Shown: positions 18,069 through 26,707, counted from the stretch's first letter. The stretch: DNA of 62,925 nt from Actinomycetota bacterium (GCA_046728015.1 JBKPDQ010000061.1:1-62925); one strand, 5' to 3'. Made by a program: numbers and translations. Notes: generated from the letters alone by a model not told the origin.

Positions 18069-18497
18069 ATGGAGTGGAAGCGCGACGGCTACGTGATCTC
18101 GGACGATCCCGGCCTCGTCGACATCGACGTCACGTGGGGCTTTCTGCGCACCGCGTACTGGTCGAAGGGCGTCCCGCGCGAGACGGTCGAGCGCTCGATC
18201 GCCGGTTCGATCCCCTTCGGCCTCTACGCCCCGGACGGGTCGCAGGCCGGATTTGCGCGTGCGATCACGGACCGCGCCACCTTCGCCTGGATCGCCGACG
18301 TGTTCGTGCTCGAGCCGCATCGAGGCAAGGGCCTGGCGAAGTGGCTGGTTGAGACGATCATCTCTACGCCTCCGTTCGATCGCCTCCGGCTGATCCTGCT
18401 GGCAACGGCGGACGCCCACGGCCTCTACGAGCGCTTTGGTTTCGAGCGCGCGCCGGAGGGCTGGCACATGACGCTGAGCCGGCCAGCCGATCTCTGA
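18069..18497 (+). CDS. GNAT family N-acetyltransferase
   Basis: VFVLEPHRGKGLAKWLV acetyl-CoA binding motif, then ..LYERFGFE. Confidence 0.75.
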   Translation: MEWKRDGYVISDDPGLVDIDVTWGFLRTAYWSKGVPRETVERSIAGSIPFGLYAPDGSQAGFARAITDRATFAWIADVFVLEPHRGKGLAKWLVETIISTPPFDRLRLILLATADAHGLYERFGFERAPEGWHMTLSRPADL

Positions 18498-18504
18498 CCG
18501 GCGC

Positions 18505-19176
18505 TCAGCCGGTGAGGCCGATGTACCAGAGGCCGAAGAGCAGGCCGAACGCGCCCAGGGCAGGGACCACCACCGCACGGTAGGCGGGCTGAACCGCCGG
18601 GCGGGTGAGCACCCACGCGAACGCGCCCGTCAGACCGGCCATCGAGACGATCGACATCGGCGCGAAGGCGGCCAGCGCGGCCGCGGCTGCAAGCTGAGTT
18701 GGCAGTGTCGCGACCAGCAGCAGCACCACCGCGCCTGAGCCTGCGAGGCCGTGAAGGAGGCCGATCGTGAACGCCCCGTGCGGGCTTCGGACGCGATCGC
18801 CGTAGTCGTTTTTCAACCACCTCCAGCTCAAGCGCGCGGCGAGCGCCAGGATCATCACGCCGACGGCGGTTTCGGCGGTGGTCACGACGCCCGCCGGCAG
18901 CTCCGACCCGAGCGCGATCAGGGGCAGCCCGATCAACAGGAGCGTTGCCGCGTGGCCGAGACCCCAGAAGGCGCCAAGCCTGACTGCGGCGCGCGCGTTC
19001 CCATCCTCGGCCGCAACCAGGGAGGCGACGGCGACCAGATGGTCGGGGTCGGATGCGTGGCGCAGTCCCAGCACGAAGGCGATCGCGACGGCGGCGAGGA
19101 ACGGAGCGCCGTCGAGCAGCGCGGTCAGCCAGGCGTCCAGCTCCTCGACCGGCGCGAAGAGGAAGTCGAAGCTCAC
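18505..19176 (-). CDS. Six-TM membrane protein with NiCoT/UreH-like motifs (putative Ni/Co transporter-like)
   Basis: GLRHASDPDHLVAV resembles the NiCoT RHA-D-DH signature. WGLGHAAT and GLLHGLAGSG segments are also present. Confidence 0.5.
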   Translation of the reverse strand: MSFDFLFAPVEELDAWLTALLDGAPFLAAVAIAFVLGLRHASDPDHLVAVASLVAAEDGNARAAVRLGAFWGLGHAATLLLIGLPLIALGSELPAGVVTTAETAVGVMILALAARLSWRWLKNDYGDRVRSPHGAFTIGLLHGLAGSGAVVLLLVATLPTQLAAAAALAAFAPMSIVSMAGLTGAFAWVLTRPAVQPAYRAVVVPALGAFGLLFGLWYIGLTG

Positions 19177-19193
19177 TTCTTCAGGCTAGGTGA

Positions 19194-20027
19194 CTAGGGC
19201 AGCGCCGCCGCGAAGCTGAGCGAGTAGACCGCTAGATCGCCCTGGAGCGCGAGGCGCAAGCGGTGTTCGGAGTGGCGTGGGTGGGAGGCCAACTCGTACA
19301 GGCCCGGGGCGTGGACCTCGATCCCAGTCGACGGCTCATCATCGACGCTCACGCGCAGCGCACCGGTGCCGTCGACCGATGCGTAGGCGCCGCCGGCCGC
19401 GTACTCGATCTCGAGCGGGTCGGCGGTTGGCTCTGCGCGCCAAGGTTCCGAGCGCGATCCGCCGGGGAACAGCTCCTCGCTGGGCGGGGCCACGAGCGCA
19501 CCGGGGACGTCCTCGGGGCGCAGGGGCTCGAGCGTCGACGGCAGCTCGAGCTCGGGATCGCGCCTGCGCAGCTCCTCAGCGATCGCCTCCTCGGTGCCGG
19601 AATACTCGCCCTCGCCGAAGTGAAACCAGCGCAGCGTTCCCTCCTGACTCCACAGAAACAGCGACGGCCAGCCGCGACATCCGTAGTCCTGCCACAGCTC
19701 GTAGCTCGAGTCGTCGGCCACCCGGTACCGAATCCCGAGCCGCTCGACGGCGGCGCGGAGCTTCTCGCGCTCGGCCGTGAACGGAAAGCGGGGCGTGTGG
19801 GCGCCCAGGACCGTGAGTCCGGCGTCGGCGTAGCGCTTATGCCAGGCGAGGAGGTAGGGGAGCGCGCGCCGGCTGTTGAGTTGAGCGAAGTCGAAGAAGT
19901 GAACGAGCAGCGGCCCGCTCGCGAGCAGGTCGGCGATCCCGGCCGGGCGGTCGTCGCCCACCCAGCGCACACGCTGGGGGAGCTCGGGGGCGGTGATGTT
20001 CGCGCGCTCCGGGCGCAAGGGAGGCAA
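19194..20027 (-). CDS. Thioredoxin-fold protein resembling the DipZ C-terminal region but lacking CxxC
   Basis: LLVHFFDFAQLNSRRALPYL occupies the position of the usual W/F-CxxC motif. ..GWPSLFLW.. and a C-terminal beta-rich domain follow. Confidence 0.6.
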   Translation of the reverse strand: MPPLRPERANITAPELPQRVRWVGDDRPAGIADLLASGPLLVHFFDFAQLNSRRALPYLLAWHKRYADAGLTVLGAHTPRFPFTAEREKLRAAVERLGIRYRVADDSSYELWQDYGCRGWPSLFLWSQEGTLRWFHFGEGEYSGTEEAIAEELRRRDPELELPSTLEPLRPEDVPGALVAPPSEELFPGGSRSEPWRAEPTADPLEIEYAAGGAYASVDGTGALRVSVDDEPSTGIEVHAPGLYELASHPRHSEHRLRLALQGDLAVYSLSFAAALP

Positions 20028-20143
20028 GGTATTCCAGTGAGCCGCTTAGCGGCGAAAGCGGCATGCGCCGTTAGTGATCGTCGGCTCGCCGCTACCCGGG
20101 CGGCTATCCTCACCCGGCCGCCCCACGAACGAGGAGGAGACGA

Positions 20144-20752
20144 GTGACCGAGGAGATCTTCGACCGCATCGAGCGCAGCCGCCGGCGCTGGGACGTCCTG
20201 CGCCACCCCTTCTACCGCCGCTGGTCGGCGGGCGAGCTCACGGCCTCCGAGCTGGCGCGCTACTCGGGTCAGTACCGGCACGCGGTTGAGGCGATCGCGA
20301 CCCTCAGCGAGGCAGCCGCCGACGCGGCGCCGGAGCGCCCTGAGCTGCGCCGGCACGCCGCGGAGGAGCTCGGTCACGTCCGGATCTGGGACGGGTTCGT
20401 GGATGCAGCCAACGGCCGGGTGGACGACGCCGCGACGCCCGAGACCGAGGAGTGCGTGCGGGCCTGGACTGCCGAGGACGACCTCCTCTCCTACCTGGTC
20501 CGCCTCTACGCGATCGAGAGCGGGCAGCCCGAGATCTCGGTGACGAAGCGCGACGGTCTGCTCGACCGGTACGGCTTCTCCGACGGCGCGGGCACTGCCT
20601 ACTTCCGGGTGCACGCGACGCGCGACAGCGAGCACGCGGCCGAGGTGCGCGAGCTGGTGGCGGAGCTGGCCTCCGACGACGACGCCGACCGGCTCGTCGC
20701 GGCGGCGGAGAGCGCGTTCAGGGCGAACTGGCGCCTTCTGGACGGGGTCTAG
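20144..20752 (+). CDS. Heme-oxygenase-like / CADD-TenA-PqqC family iron-containing redox enzyme
   Basis: HPFYRRWSAGELTASELARYSGQYRHAVEA..HAAEELGH..YFRVHATRDSEHA. Confidence 0.7.
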   Translation: MTEEIFDRIERSRRRWDVLRHPFYRRWSAGELTASELARYSGQYRHAVEAIATLSEAAADAAPERPELRRHAAEELGHVRIWDGFVDAANGRVDDAATPETEECVRAWTAEDDLLSYLVRLYAIESGQPEISVTKRDGLLDRYGFSDGAGTAYFRVHATRDSEHAAEVRELVAELASDDDADRLVAAAESAFRANWRLLDGV

Positions 20753-20765
20753 GCGGACTTCGGCC

Positions 20766-20936
20766 ATGGCCGCGCGCCGCGGTCGCCGCATAGACCTGTG
20801 GCTGGGCGTCGTCCTCGGGCTGGTGCTCGGCATCGCGATCGTGGCCGTGTTCGTGTTCGTGTTCAGCGAGGAAACGGTCGACGCACCGCGCCTGGATCGG
20901 AACCAGGCGCCCACCGAGCGTCCGGCGGATCGCTGA
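20766..20936 (+). CDS. Small (56 aa) single-TM protein
   Basis: MAARRGRRIDLWLGVVLGLVLGIAIVAVFVFVFSEE.. Below the ORF-track size cutoff. Read directly from the DNA. Confidence 0.4.
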   Translation: MAARRGRRIDLWLGVVLGLVLGIAIVAVFVFVFSEETVDAPRLDRNQAPTERPADR

Positions 20937-20968
20937 TCCCCGACTTCGCCGCTCGTAAGATTCCGCCG

Positions 20969-21580
20969 ATGAGCCTTGCGGTGCGCACCAGCCGAGCCGC
21001 CGGCAGCGCCGCGCTGCTGGTCATCGGCGCGCTGGCCCTGCACCAGCTCCGATACGTGCTTGCGTACGGCGGCAGCGCCGGCGTCGAGCTCGAGCGCCAG
21101 GGCCACGCGTATCTGGACTTGGTTGCGCCGTTGCTGGTGGCCGCCGCAGTTGCGATGCTGATCGCGTCGATCGTCGTGCCGGCTCTGGTGCGACTGGCCC
21201 CAGCGCTGACGCGTGACGTCAGCTCCACCGAGCGCGCGGCTGGCTACGCCGCCGCGCTGCTGGCCGTCTATTTCGCCCAGGAGCTAGCTGAAAGCGCCCT
21301 GGCCGGCGGACATCCCGACGGCGTCGTCGGGATCCTGGGGGCGAGCGGTTGGCTTGCCTTGCCCCTCGCGATGGCCTTGGGCGGGCTGACCGCGATTGCT
21401 CGTGGATGGCTTTACCGGGCGGAGCGACGCCTGGCGGCCGCCGTCACCCGGCGCCGGCTGCCGCGGGCGCCGCAGCGCGTCCGCGCGCCGCTGCCGCCGT
21501 CCCTCCGCCCAGCGCTCAGCTTGCTTGCACTTCGATTCGGTCTCGCCCGCCGGGCTCCCCCAATCGCTCGCCAGGCCTGA
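20969..21580 (+). CDS. Integral membrane protein, unknown function
   Basis: MSLAVRTSRAAGSAALLVIGALALHQLRYVLAYGG.. with about four hydrophobic helices. The upstream part of the 260-aa ORF call is Arg-rich and unlikely to be coding. Confidence 0.55.
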   Translation: MSLAVRTSRAAGSAALLVIGALALHQLRYVLAYGGSAGVELERQGHAYLDLVAPLLVAAAVAMLIASIVVPALVRLAPALTRDVSSTERAAGYAAALLAVYFAQELAESALAGGHPDGVVGILGASGWLALPLAMALGGLTAIARGWLYRAERRLAAAVTRRRLPRAPQRVRAPLPPSLRPALSLLALRFGLARRAPPIARQA

Positions 21581-21672
21581 GCCCTTAGTGGGCAGCCCGA
21601 TTTCGCGCCCCGGCGCGGGATCGGTCCGAGCGATGCGCGGGCGCTGGCCCGTGCCGAAAGGAGATTCCGATT

Positions 21673-22137
21673 TTGAGTTCGAGAGCGAGGACGGTTGTCA
21701 TCGGGGCCGCCGGGGTGGCGGTCGCGGTCGTCTTGTTCGTCGTGCTCCAAGGCGGCGACGACAACGACGACGGCGAGACCGCCCCGGCGACAACCACGAC
21801 GGTCGAGCAGCAGGCCGGCGAGGACGGCGGCTCGCAGGGTGGCGGGGCCGGCGAGGACAAGCCGCAGGAGCCTGCCGTCGCGACCATCGTGGTCCGTGAC
21901 GGGCAGCCGGTCGGCGGAGTCCAGGAGCTGGAGTTCGCCAAGGGCGAACGGATCCGTTTCACCGTGGAGTCGGACATCGCAGAAGAGGTCCACCTGCACG
22001 GCTACGACATCGCCAAGGACGTCAGCGCCGGCGGCAAGGTGTCGTTCGACGTGCCGGCGACGTTCGAGGGGGTGTTCGAGGTCGAACTCGAGCAGTCGGT
22101 CGTCCCGCTGGCGGAGATCACGGTCACTCCGGGCTGA
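21673..22137 (+). CDS. Membrane-anchored cupredoxin-like (EfeO-N-like) domain protein without Cys ligand
   Basis: GAAAGGAG RBS and TTG start. TM anchor, acidic linker, then IVVRDGQPVGG..EFAKGERIRFTVESD..EVHLHGYD..VFEVELE. Confidence 0.6.
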   Translation: MSSRARTVVIGAAGVAVAVVLFVVLQGGDDNDDGETAPATTTTVEQQAGEDGGSQGGGAGEDKPQEPAVATIVVRDGQPVGGVQELEFAKGERIRFTVESDIAEEVHLHGYDIAKDVSAGGKVSFDVPATFEGVFEVELEQSVVPLAEITVTPG

Positions 22138-23552
22138 TGCTCGGCGGATGGCTCGGCGACATGGTCCTGCCGGTCGGCCACGCGCTGGTCGGCCGGCAGG
22201 ACCTGCCGATCCCGGAGTGGCTGTTCGCGTGGGGGGCGTCGCTCGTCCTAATCGTCTCGTTCGTTGCGCTGTCGGTCGCCTGGCATCGCACGCGCTTCGA
22301 GGACGACGACTGGCGCGCGCTTCCGGAGACGGTCTCGCGACCGCTCGTCAACTCGGTCACCGAAACGCTCGCCGGGTTGATCGGTGTCTTCCTGCTTGGG
22401 GTCGTCGTCTGGGCGGGACTCGAGGGCACCGAGGCGCCCGACCGCAACTTCGCGGTGACGTTCGTCTTCGTCACCGTCTGGCTCGGCCTCGTCGTCCTGA
22501 GCGTCCTTCTCGGCGACGTCTTTCGAGCTTTCAATCCATGGCGCGCCGTCGCTCGCGCCGCCGGTGGCGTGTTCAAGCTCGTTGCCGGCCAGTCGCCACC
22601 CCCGCCGCTCACGTACCCGGAGCGGCTCGGCCGCTGGCCGGCGGTCGTGGGCATCCTCGGCTTCGTCTGGTGCGAGCTCGTCTACGGTCAGAGCGGTTTT
22701 CAAACGGTCGGGCTGACGCCCCACTCGGTCGCACTGGCAACGCTCGCCTATTCGGCCTACACGTTCGTCGCCATGACCCTGTTCGGAAGCGAGCGCTGGC
22801 TCGATCGCGGGGAGGCGTTCTCCGTCTACTTCGGGATGTTCGCGCGGCTGGGGCCGCTGGAGGTGCGCGAGGGAAGGCTGGGCGTGCGCCGCTGGCTGGC
22901 CGGGACCACGTCGTGGCCCTCGGTCCCGGGCTCGATCGCGCTCGTTCTGCTGGCGATCGGCGCCACCACCTTCGACGGCGCCTCCGAGGGTGCGCTTGCG
23001 GACCCGATCTCGAGCGTTTTCGAGTGGCTCGGGGATCTCGGGCTCGGGCCGGTCGCCGCCCTGCGCACCACCAACACGATCTTCCTCGCGCTGACCCTGG
23101 CGTTCGTGGCCGGCCTGTTCTGGGCGGGGATCTACGGGATGCACACGGTCAAGACGTCGCTGGGAACGCGCCGCCTGGGAGAGCTGTTCGTGCACGCCTT
23201 CATCCCGATCGCGCTTGCCTATCTGGTCGCCCACTACTTCAGCCTCGTGCTCTTCCAGGAACAGGCGCAGTTCACGTTCCTGCTCTCCGATCCGCTTGGG
23301 CAAGGCGAGGACTACTTCGGCACCGCCAGCGGGGGCATCGACTACGGCCTGGTCAGCGCCACAGGCATCTGGTACGTACAGGTGGCGGCGCTGGTAATCG
23401 GGCACGTGACCGCGCTCGTCCTTGGCCACGATCGGGCAATCTCCTTATACGGCGACGGCCGCCTCGCAGCGCGCTCGCAGTACTGGATGCTGGCGCTGAT
23501 GGTCGGCTTCACCTCTCTAGGTCTCTACCTGCTCTCGCAGGCGAACCAGTAG
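22137..23552 (+). CDS. Polytopic membrane protein (about 12 TM) with conserved intramembrane His, unknown function
   Basis: 1-nt start/stop overlap with the cupredoxin gene. Motifs VGHALVGRQDLPIPEW, LVAHYFSLV and VIGHVTALVLGHD. Confidence 0.7.
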   Translation: MLGGWLGDMVLPVGHALVGRQDLPIPEWLFAWGASLVLIVSFVALSVAWHRTRFEDDDWRALPETVSRPLVNSVTETLAGLIGVFLLGVVVWAGLEGTEAPDRNFAVTFVFVTVWLGLVVLSVLLGDVFRAFNPWRAVARAAGGVFKLVAGQSPPPPLTYPERLGRWPAVVGILGFVWCELVYGQSGFQTVGLTPHSVALATLAYSAYTFVAMTLFGSERWLDRGEAFSVYFGMFARLGPLEVREGRLGVRRWLAGTTSWPSVPGSIALVLLAIGATTFDGASEGALADPISSVFEWLGDLGLGPVAALRTTNTIFLALTLAFVAGLFWAGIYGMHTVKTSLGTRRLGELFVHAFIPIALAYLVAHYFSLVLFQEQAQFTFLLSDPLGQGEDYFGTASGGIDYGLVSATGIWYVQVAALVIGHVTALVLGHDRAISLYGDGRLAARSQYWMLALMVGFTSLGLYLLSQANQ

Positions 23553-23579
23553 GCCCCTCCGCGCTACGCTCACCGCGCG

Positions 23580-23759
23580 ATGTGCATGCAGTGCGTTGCC
23601 ACTGCCTCGGTAACTGTTGGAGCCGCCTCGGGCATTCGAGCCTGGGTGCAGGCGAAGGCCGGTGACCGCCTCACCCCAGCGCGGATGCGGGCGATCACCG
23701 TCGGGCTGTTGACGCTGGCCGTGCTGGGCGCCGGCATCGGCCTCAGCGGCAGCAGCTAA
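23580..23759 (+). CDS. Possible small (59 aa) membrane protein with N-terminal MCMQC
   Basis: In-frame ATG to TAA read from the DNA. C-terminal helix ITVGLLTLAVLGAGIGL. GC3 is weak in the first half. Confidence 0.3.
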   Translation: MCMQCVATASVTVGAASGIRAWVQAKAGDRLTPARMRAITVGLLTLAVLGAGIGLSGSS

Positions 23760-23783
23760 CCGACCGGTCGCCCTCGGCGCCGC

Positions 23784-24998
23784 TCAGTGCGCGTGCCCGG
23801 CCTCGGCCGGCAGCGCCCCGGCAGCCAGGCCCCTCGACAGGGTGGCCGCGAGCGCGGTGGTGATCGGCACCGCGGCGATGAGTCCGATCGAGCCCACCAG
23901 CGCCGCCACCACCTCCTGGGCGACCAGCTCGACGTTGACGGCGTCGACGAAGCCCAGATCGCCGGAGCTGAAGATCAGCAGGACCGGCAGCGACGCGCCG
24001 ACGTAGGCGAGCACGAGCGTGTTCACGGTCGCCGACACGTGGTCGCGGCCCACGCCGAGCGCTCGCCCGTAGAGCTCCCGGAACCTCAGTGACGGGTTCG
24101 CCGCGCGCAGCGCCAGGACGGTGGACGCCTGGCTGACGGTGACGTCGTCGAGCACGCCGAGGGCGCCGATCACCATGCCCGCCAGCAGCAGCCCCTCGAA
24201 GGAGACCTCGACGCCGCCGAGCTGAAGCAGCGCAGGCTCCTCGGACGCGAGGCCAGTGAGGTGCGTGAGGTCGGTGAAGACCTCGGCGAGCAGCGCGACC
24301 AACAGCAGGCTCGCGGTGGTGCCGACGATCGCCGCCAGGCTCTTCGCGCCCAGGCCATGGGCGAGCGAGATGGTCAGCAGCATGACCGCGAGCGAGCCGA
24401 AGATCGCGACCGCGAGCGGCGCCTCGCCGTCGAGGATCGCGGGGACGATGAAGATCAGGACCACGGCGAGGCTCGCGCCGAGCCCCAGGAGCGACAGCGC
24501 TCCCCGCAGGCGACCGAAGGCGATTACCAGGACGGCAAACGCGATCGCGAGCCACAGCATCGGGGTTCGCCGCTCGAAGTCGGAGAAGGTGTATGTCGTG
24601 GATGCGTCGCCGGCCTGCTCGCGGAGCTCGGGCGGGAGCTCACTGGGAATCGGCGCGCTGGGCGCCACACGGATCTGATCGCTGACCTCCAGTTGCGGCT
24701 CGAGCAGGGTGCCGCCCAGCGTCAGCGTCGACGTGCTGCCTTCGTCGGGTCCGGTTTCGAGCAGGATCTCGGCCTGGCCGCAGGTGCCCTCCTGCGGCGG
24801 CGGGCAGGCGGCGTAGCTGACGCTCGTGACCTCGGCGCGCTCGGTTGAGGCCGTCAGGCCCTCGCCGAGCTGGGCGTCGACGTCGCCGGGCCAGAGCACT
24901 GCCACCCCGACGACGGTGGCGAGTGCGATCGCGATCGCGATTCCGGCGAACGCGCGACCCACGCCGGACTCAAGCAACGCTCGCCGCTCCTGGCCCAT
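23784..24998 (-). CDS. YibE/F family membrane protein
   Basis: N-terminal TM, an extracytoplasmic domain with Cys pair, then about 7 TM, with the ..GVLDDVTVSQAS.. motif typical of YibE/F. Confidence 0.75.
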   Translation of the reverse strand: MGQERRALLESGVGRAFAGIAIAIALATVVGVAVLWPGDVDAQLGEGLTASTERAEVTSVSYAACPPPQEGTCGQAEILLETGPDEGSTSTLTLGGTLLEPQLEVSDQIRVAPSAPIPSELPPELREQAGDASTTYTFSDFERRTPMLWLAIAFAVLVIAFGRLRGALSLLGLGASLAVVLIFIVPAILDGEAPLAVAIFGSLAVMLLTISLAHGLGAKSLAAIVGTTASLLLVALLAEVFTDLTHLTGLASEEPALLQLGGVEVSFEGLLLAGMVIGALGVLDDVTVSQASTVLALRAANPSLRFRELYGRALGVGRDHVSATVNTLVLAYVGASLPVLLIFSSGDLGFVDAVNVELVAQEVVAALVGSIGLIAAVPITTALAATLSRGLAAGALPAEAGHAH

Positions 24999-25082
24999 CT
25001 CGGGCCAGGCTAGGGAGCGCCTCGGGCGGAACCGCAGGCGGGTGCGCTACTCGGGTGAAGGGCCGCCGCTGGGGCTCACAAT

Positions 25083-25099
25083 ATAATGAGAATCATTAT
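25083..25099. promoter_or_regulatory. Zur-box-like 7-3-7 palindrome (box C)
   Basis: ATAATGA-GAA-TCATTAT. The core TGAGAATCATTATC matches the two boxes at 26639..26681. It lies between the divergent YibE/F gene and the small-gene cassette. Confidence 0.6.
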
Positions 25100-25476
25100 C
25101 GACTCTCGGGAGAGCGGACTGATTGGCCGGTGGCAACAGCGGCTCGATCTGGAGAATTACGAGATCCGGCACGAGTGCGTCTCCGTGTTCGCGGTCTGCG
25201 ACGAGCTCTGCCGAGTCGGAAACAGCTTGGTCGGGATCCGCGCCGACCACGCGGCGGGAGGCCGTCGTCTTCTACACGCGACGGCTGACGGCTGCCGACG
25301 TCGTGCACGAACTGCTCCACTTGCGCCACCCGGAATGGTCCGAGCGGGAGGTCAATTCGGCCACCGCGCGGTTGCTGGGCGGCAGTCGCTCCAACGGCAG
25401 GTCGACCCGAAAGGAGGTGACACGTGGAGATCCAGTTCTACGACGTCAAGTCGCGAAGCAAGGTCAGCGTGCCTGA
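25086..25476 (+). pseudogene. Small HExxH metallopeptidase-like gene (DUF45/YgjP- or ImmA-like motif) with an apparent frameshift
   Basis: Frame 0 reads MRIIIDSRESGLIGRWQQRLDLENYEIRHECVSVFAVCDELCRVGNSLVGIRAD. From about 25250 the plausible sequence is in the +1 frame (EAVVFYTRRLTAADVVHELLHLRHPEWSEREV). Confidence 0.35.
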
Positions 25477-25651
25477 GTCCGCCGTCCGCAAGGTCAAGTA
25501 CGAGCGGGTGGCCAAGAACGGCAAGACCGTCGTCAACCACGCCCTGCGGGCAACCCACAACGGGACCAACCTGACCAAGTTCGTAAGCCGCGACGACTGG
25601 GAGCGCATCGACGCTCCCGAGGAGTACGGACAGGCGGCGGTCGCCGGCTAG
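25424..25651 (+). CDS. Small (75 aa) basic protein, unknown family
   Basis: AAAGGAGG sits 6 nt before GTG 25424. Product MEIQFYDVKSRSKVSVPESAVRKVKYERVAKNGKTVVNHALRATHNGTNLTKFVSRDDWERI. Non-Arg-biased composition. Confidence 0.7.
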   Translation: MEIQFYDVKSRSKVSVPESAVRKVKYERVAKNGKTVVNHALRATHNGTNLTKFVSRDDWERIDAPEEYGQAAVAG

Positions 25652-25659
25652 CCGGCGAC
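25640..25659. terminator. Perfect 20-nt palindrome between convergent genes (bidirectional terminator candidate)
   Basis: GTCGCCGGCTAGCCGGCGAC spans the stop codon of 25424..25651. Confidence 0.45.
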
Positions 25660-25678
25660 CGCCTCGCTCCCGCCGTCG

Positions 25679-26656
25679 CTAACCCTGCCCGCCGAGCGCG
25701 GCGGCCACCAGATCGGCGTCGAGCCGCAGCATCTCCTCGTAGCTTCCGGCGGCGCCGGGGGACTCGATGATGAGTCCCTCCTCGATCTCGACGCCGGTCA
25801 CTTCAGCGATCAGGCGCAGCGTCTCGGGATCGACCTCCCGCTGGGCGAACACGGCCGGCACGTCGTGTTCGCGGACCGCGTCCTCGACCTCTCCGATCAG
25901 GCCCGCGCTGGCCTCCGCCTCCGGGCCGGACGCGGGGAAGGCGGTCGCGACCACCTCGAACCCGTACCGATCGGCGAAGTAGCCGAGCGAATCGTGAGAT
26001 GTGACGAGTTCGCGGTCGGACGCCGGGACGGACGCCAGCGTTCGCTCGAGCTCGGCGTCGAGCTTGTCCAGCTGCTTCGCGTACGCCTGAGCGCGCTCGT
26101 CGTATCCGCTCGCGTCGGTGGGGTCCGCCTCGGACAGTGCGTCCGCGAGCGACGGCAGCGCCGCGGCGACACGAGTCGCATCCATCCACACGTGAGGGTC
26201 CACGGTGCCGTTCTCGTGCTCCGCCTCGGCGGCGTGCTCCTCCTCGCCTCCCGCCTCGTCGGACGCGTGCTCGTCGGAAGCGGGCTCGTGTGAGCCGGCC
26301 TCCTCGAACGGCAGCAGCTCGCCAACGTGATCGGCGAGCACCCACTGCGGGGCGTCGACCTCGTCGAGTGGGATGCCGGTCTCCAGACTTGCGCCGCTGA
26401 CGACGAGCAGGTCGGCCTCCTCGACCACCTGACGGTCCTGGGCCGAGAGCTGGTAGTCGTGGGGGCTCGAGGCGTCCGGAATCACCTGCTCGACGTCGAC
26501 GCCGGGACCGGCGACGGCCTCGGCGAGGTCGGCGACGATTCCGGTGGTGGCGACCACGTGTGGACCGTCGCCGCCAGCGTCGTCGTCGTCCCCACACGCC
26601 CCCAAGACGAGGGCGGACCAGAGCACGACGGCGGCACTAATGAAAATCGTTCTCAT
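25679..26656 (-). CDS. znuA: Zinc ABC transporter substrate-binding lipoprotein
   Basis: Lipobox LVLGACGDD. Acidic/His-rich loop HEPASDEHASDEAGGEEEHAAEAEHENG is typical of ZnuA. Motifs SPHDYQL and DPHVW. Confidence 0.85.
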   Translation of the reverse strand: MRTIFISAAVVLWSALVLGACGDDDDAGGDGPHVVATTGIVADLAEAVAGPGVDVEQVIPDASSPHDYQLSAQDRQVVEEADLLVVSGASLETGIPLDEVDAPQWVLADHVGELLPFEEAGSHEPASDEHASDEAGGEEEHAAEAEHENGTVDPHVWMDATRVAAALPSLADALSEADPTDASGYDERAQAYAKQLDKLDAELERTLASVPASDRELVTSHDSLGYFADRYGFEVVATAFPASGPEAEASAGLIGEVEDAVREHDVPAVFAQREVDPETLRLIAEVTGVEIEEGLIIESPGAAGSYEEMLRLDADLVAAALGGQG

Positions 26657-26657
26657 T
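26639..26657. promoter_or_regulatory. Zur box A, overlapping the znuA start codon
   Basis: AATGAAAATCGTTCTCATT, an 8-3-8 imperfect palindrome close to the actinobacterial TGAAAATnATTTTCA-type Zur box. Confidence 0.7.
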
Positions 26658-26666
26658 CGCAAGCGG

Positions 26667-26681
26667 GAATGATAATCATTC
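26667..26681. promoter_or_regulatory. Zur box B, upstream of zur-znuCB
   Basis: GAATGAT-A-ATCATTC, a perfect 7-1-7 palindrome 27 nt upstream of the zur ATG. Confidence 0.7.
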
Positions 26682-26707
26682 TCACGGCGCGTGTATCCTC
26701 GGCCCCG

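Noticed and set aside
18195-18215. GGTTCGATCCCC string resembling a tRNA T-loop.
   Set aside because: It lies inside the well-supported GNAT coding sequence, with no flanking cloverleaf elements.
20028-20143. Short palindromes (GCCGCTTAGCGGC) in the divergent spacer between the thioredoxin-like and CADD-like genes as an operator.
   Set aside because: It is a single 5-bp GC stem in GC-rich DNA, which is expected by chance, and there is no second copy.
25424-25651. Assigning the 75-aa Zur-box-associated protein to the archaeal MC1 chromosomal protein family or to a zinc-free ribosomal protein paralog.
   Set aside because: The similarity to MC1 is impressionistic, covering only a few residues near the C-terminus. 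The sequence matches none of the L31/L33/L28/L36/S14/S18 N-termini I know. It is left as an unknown.
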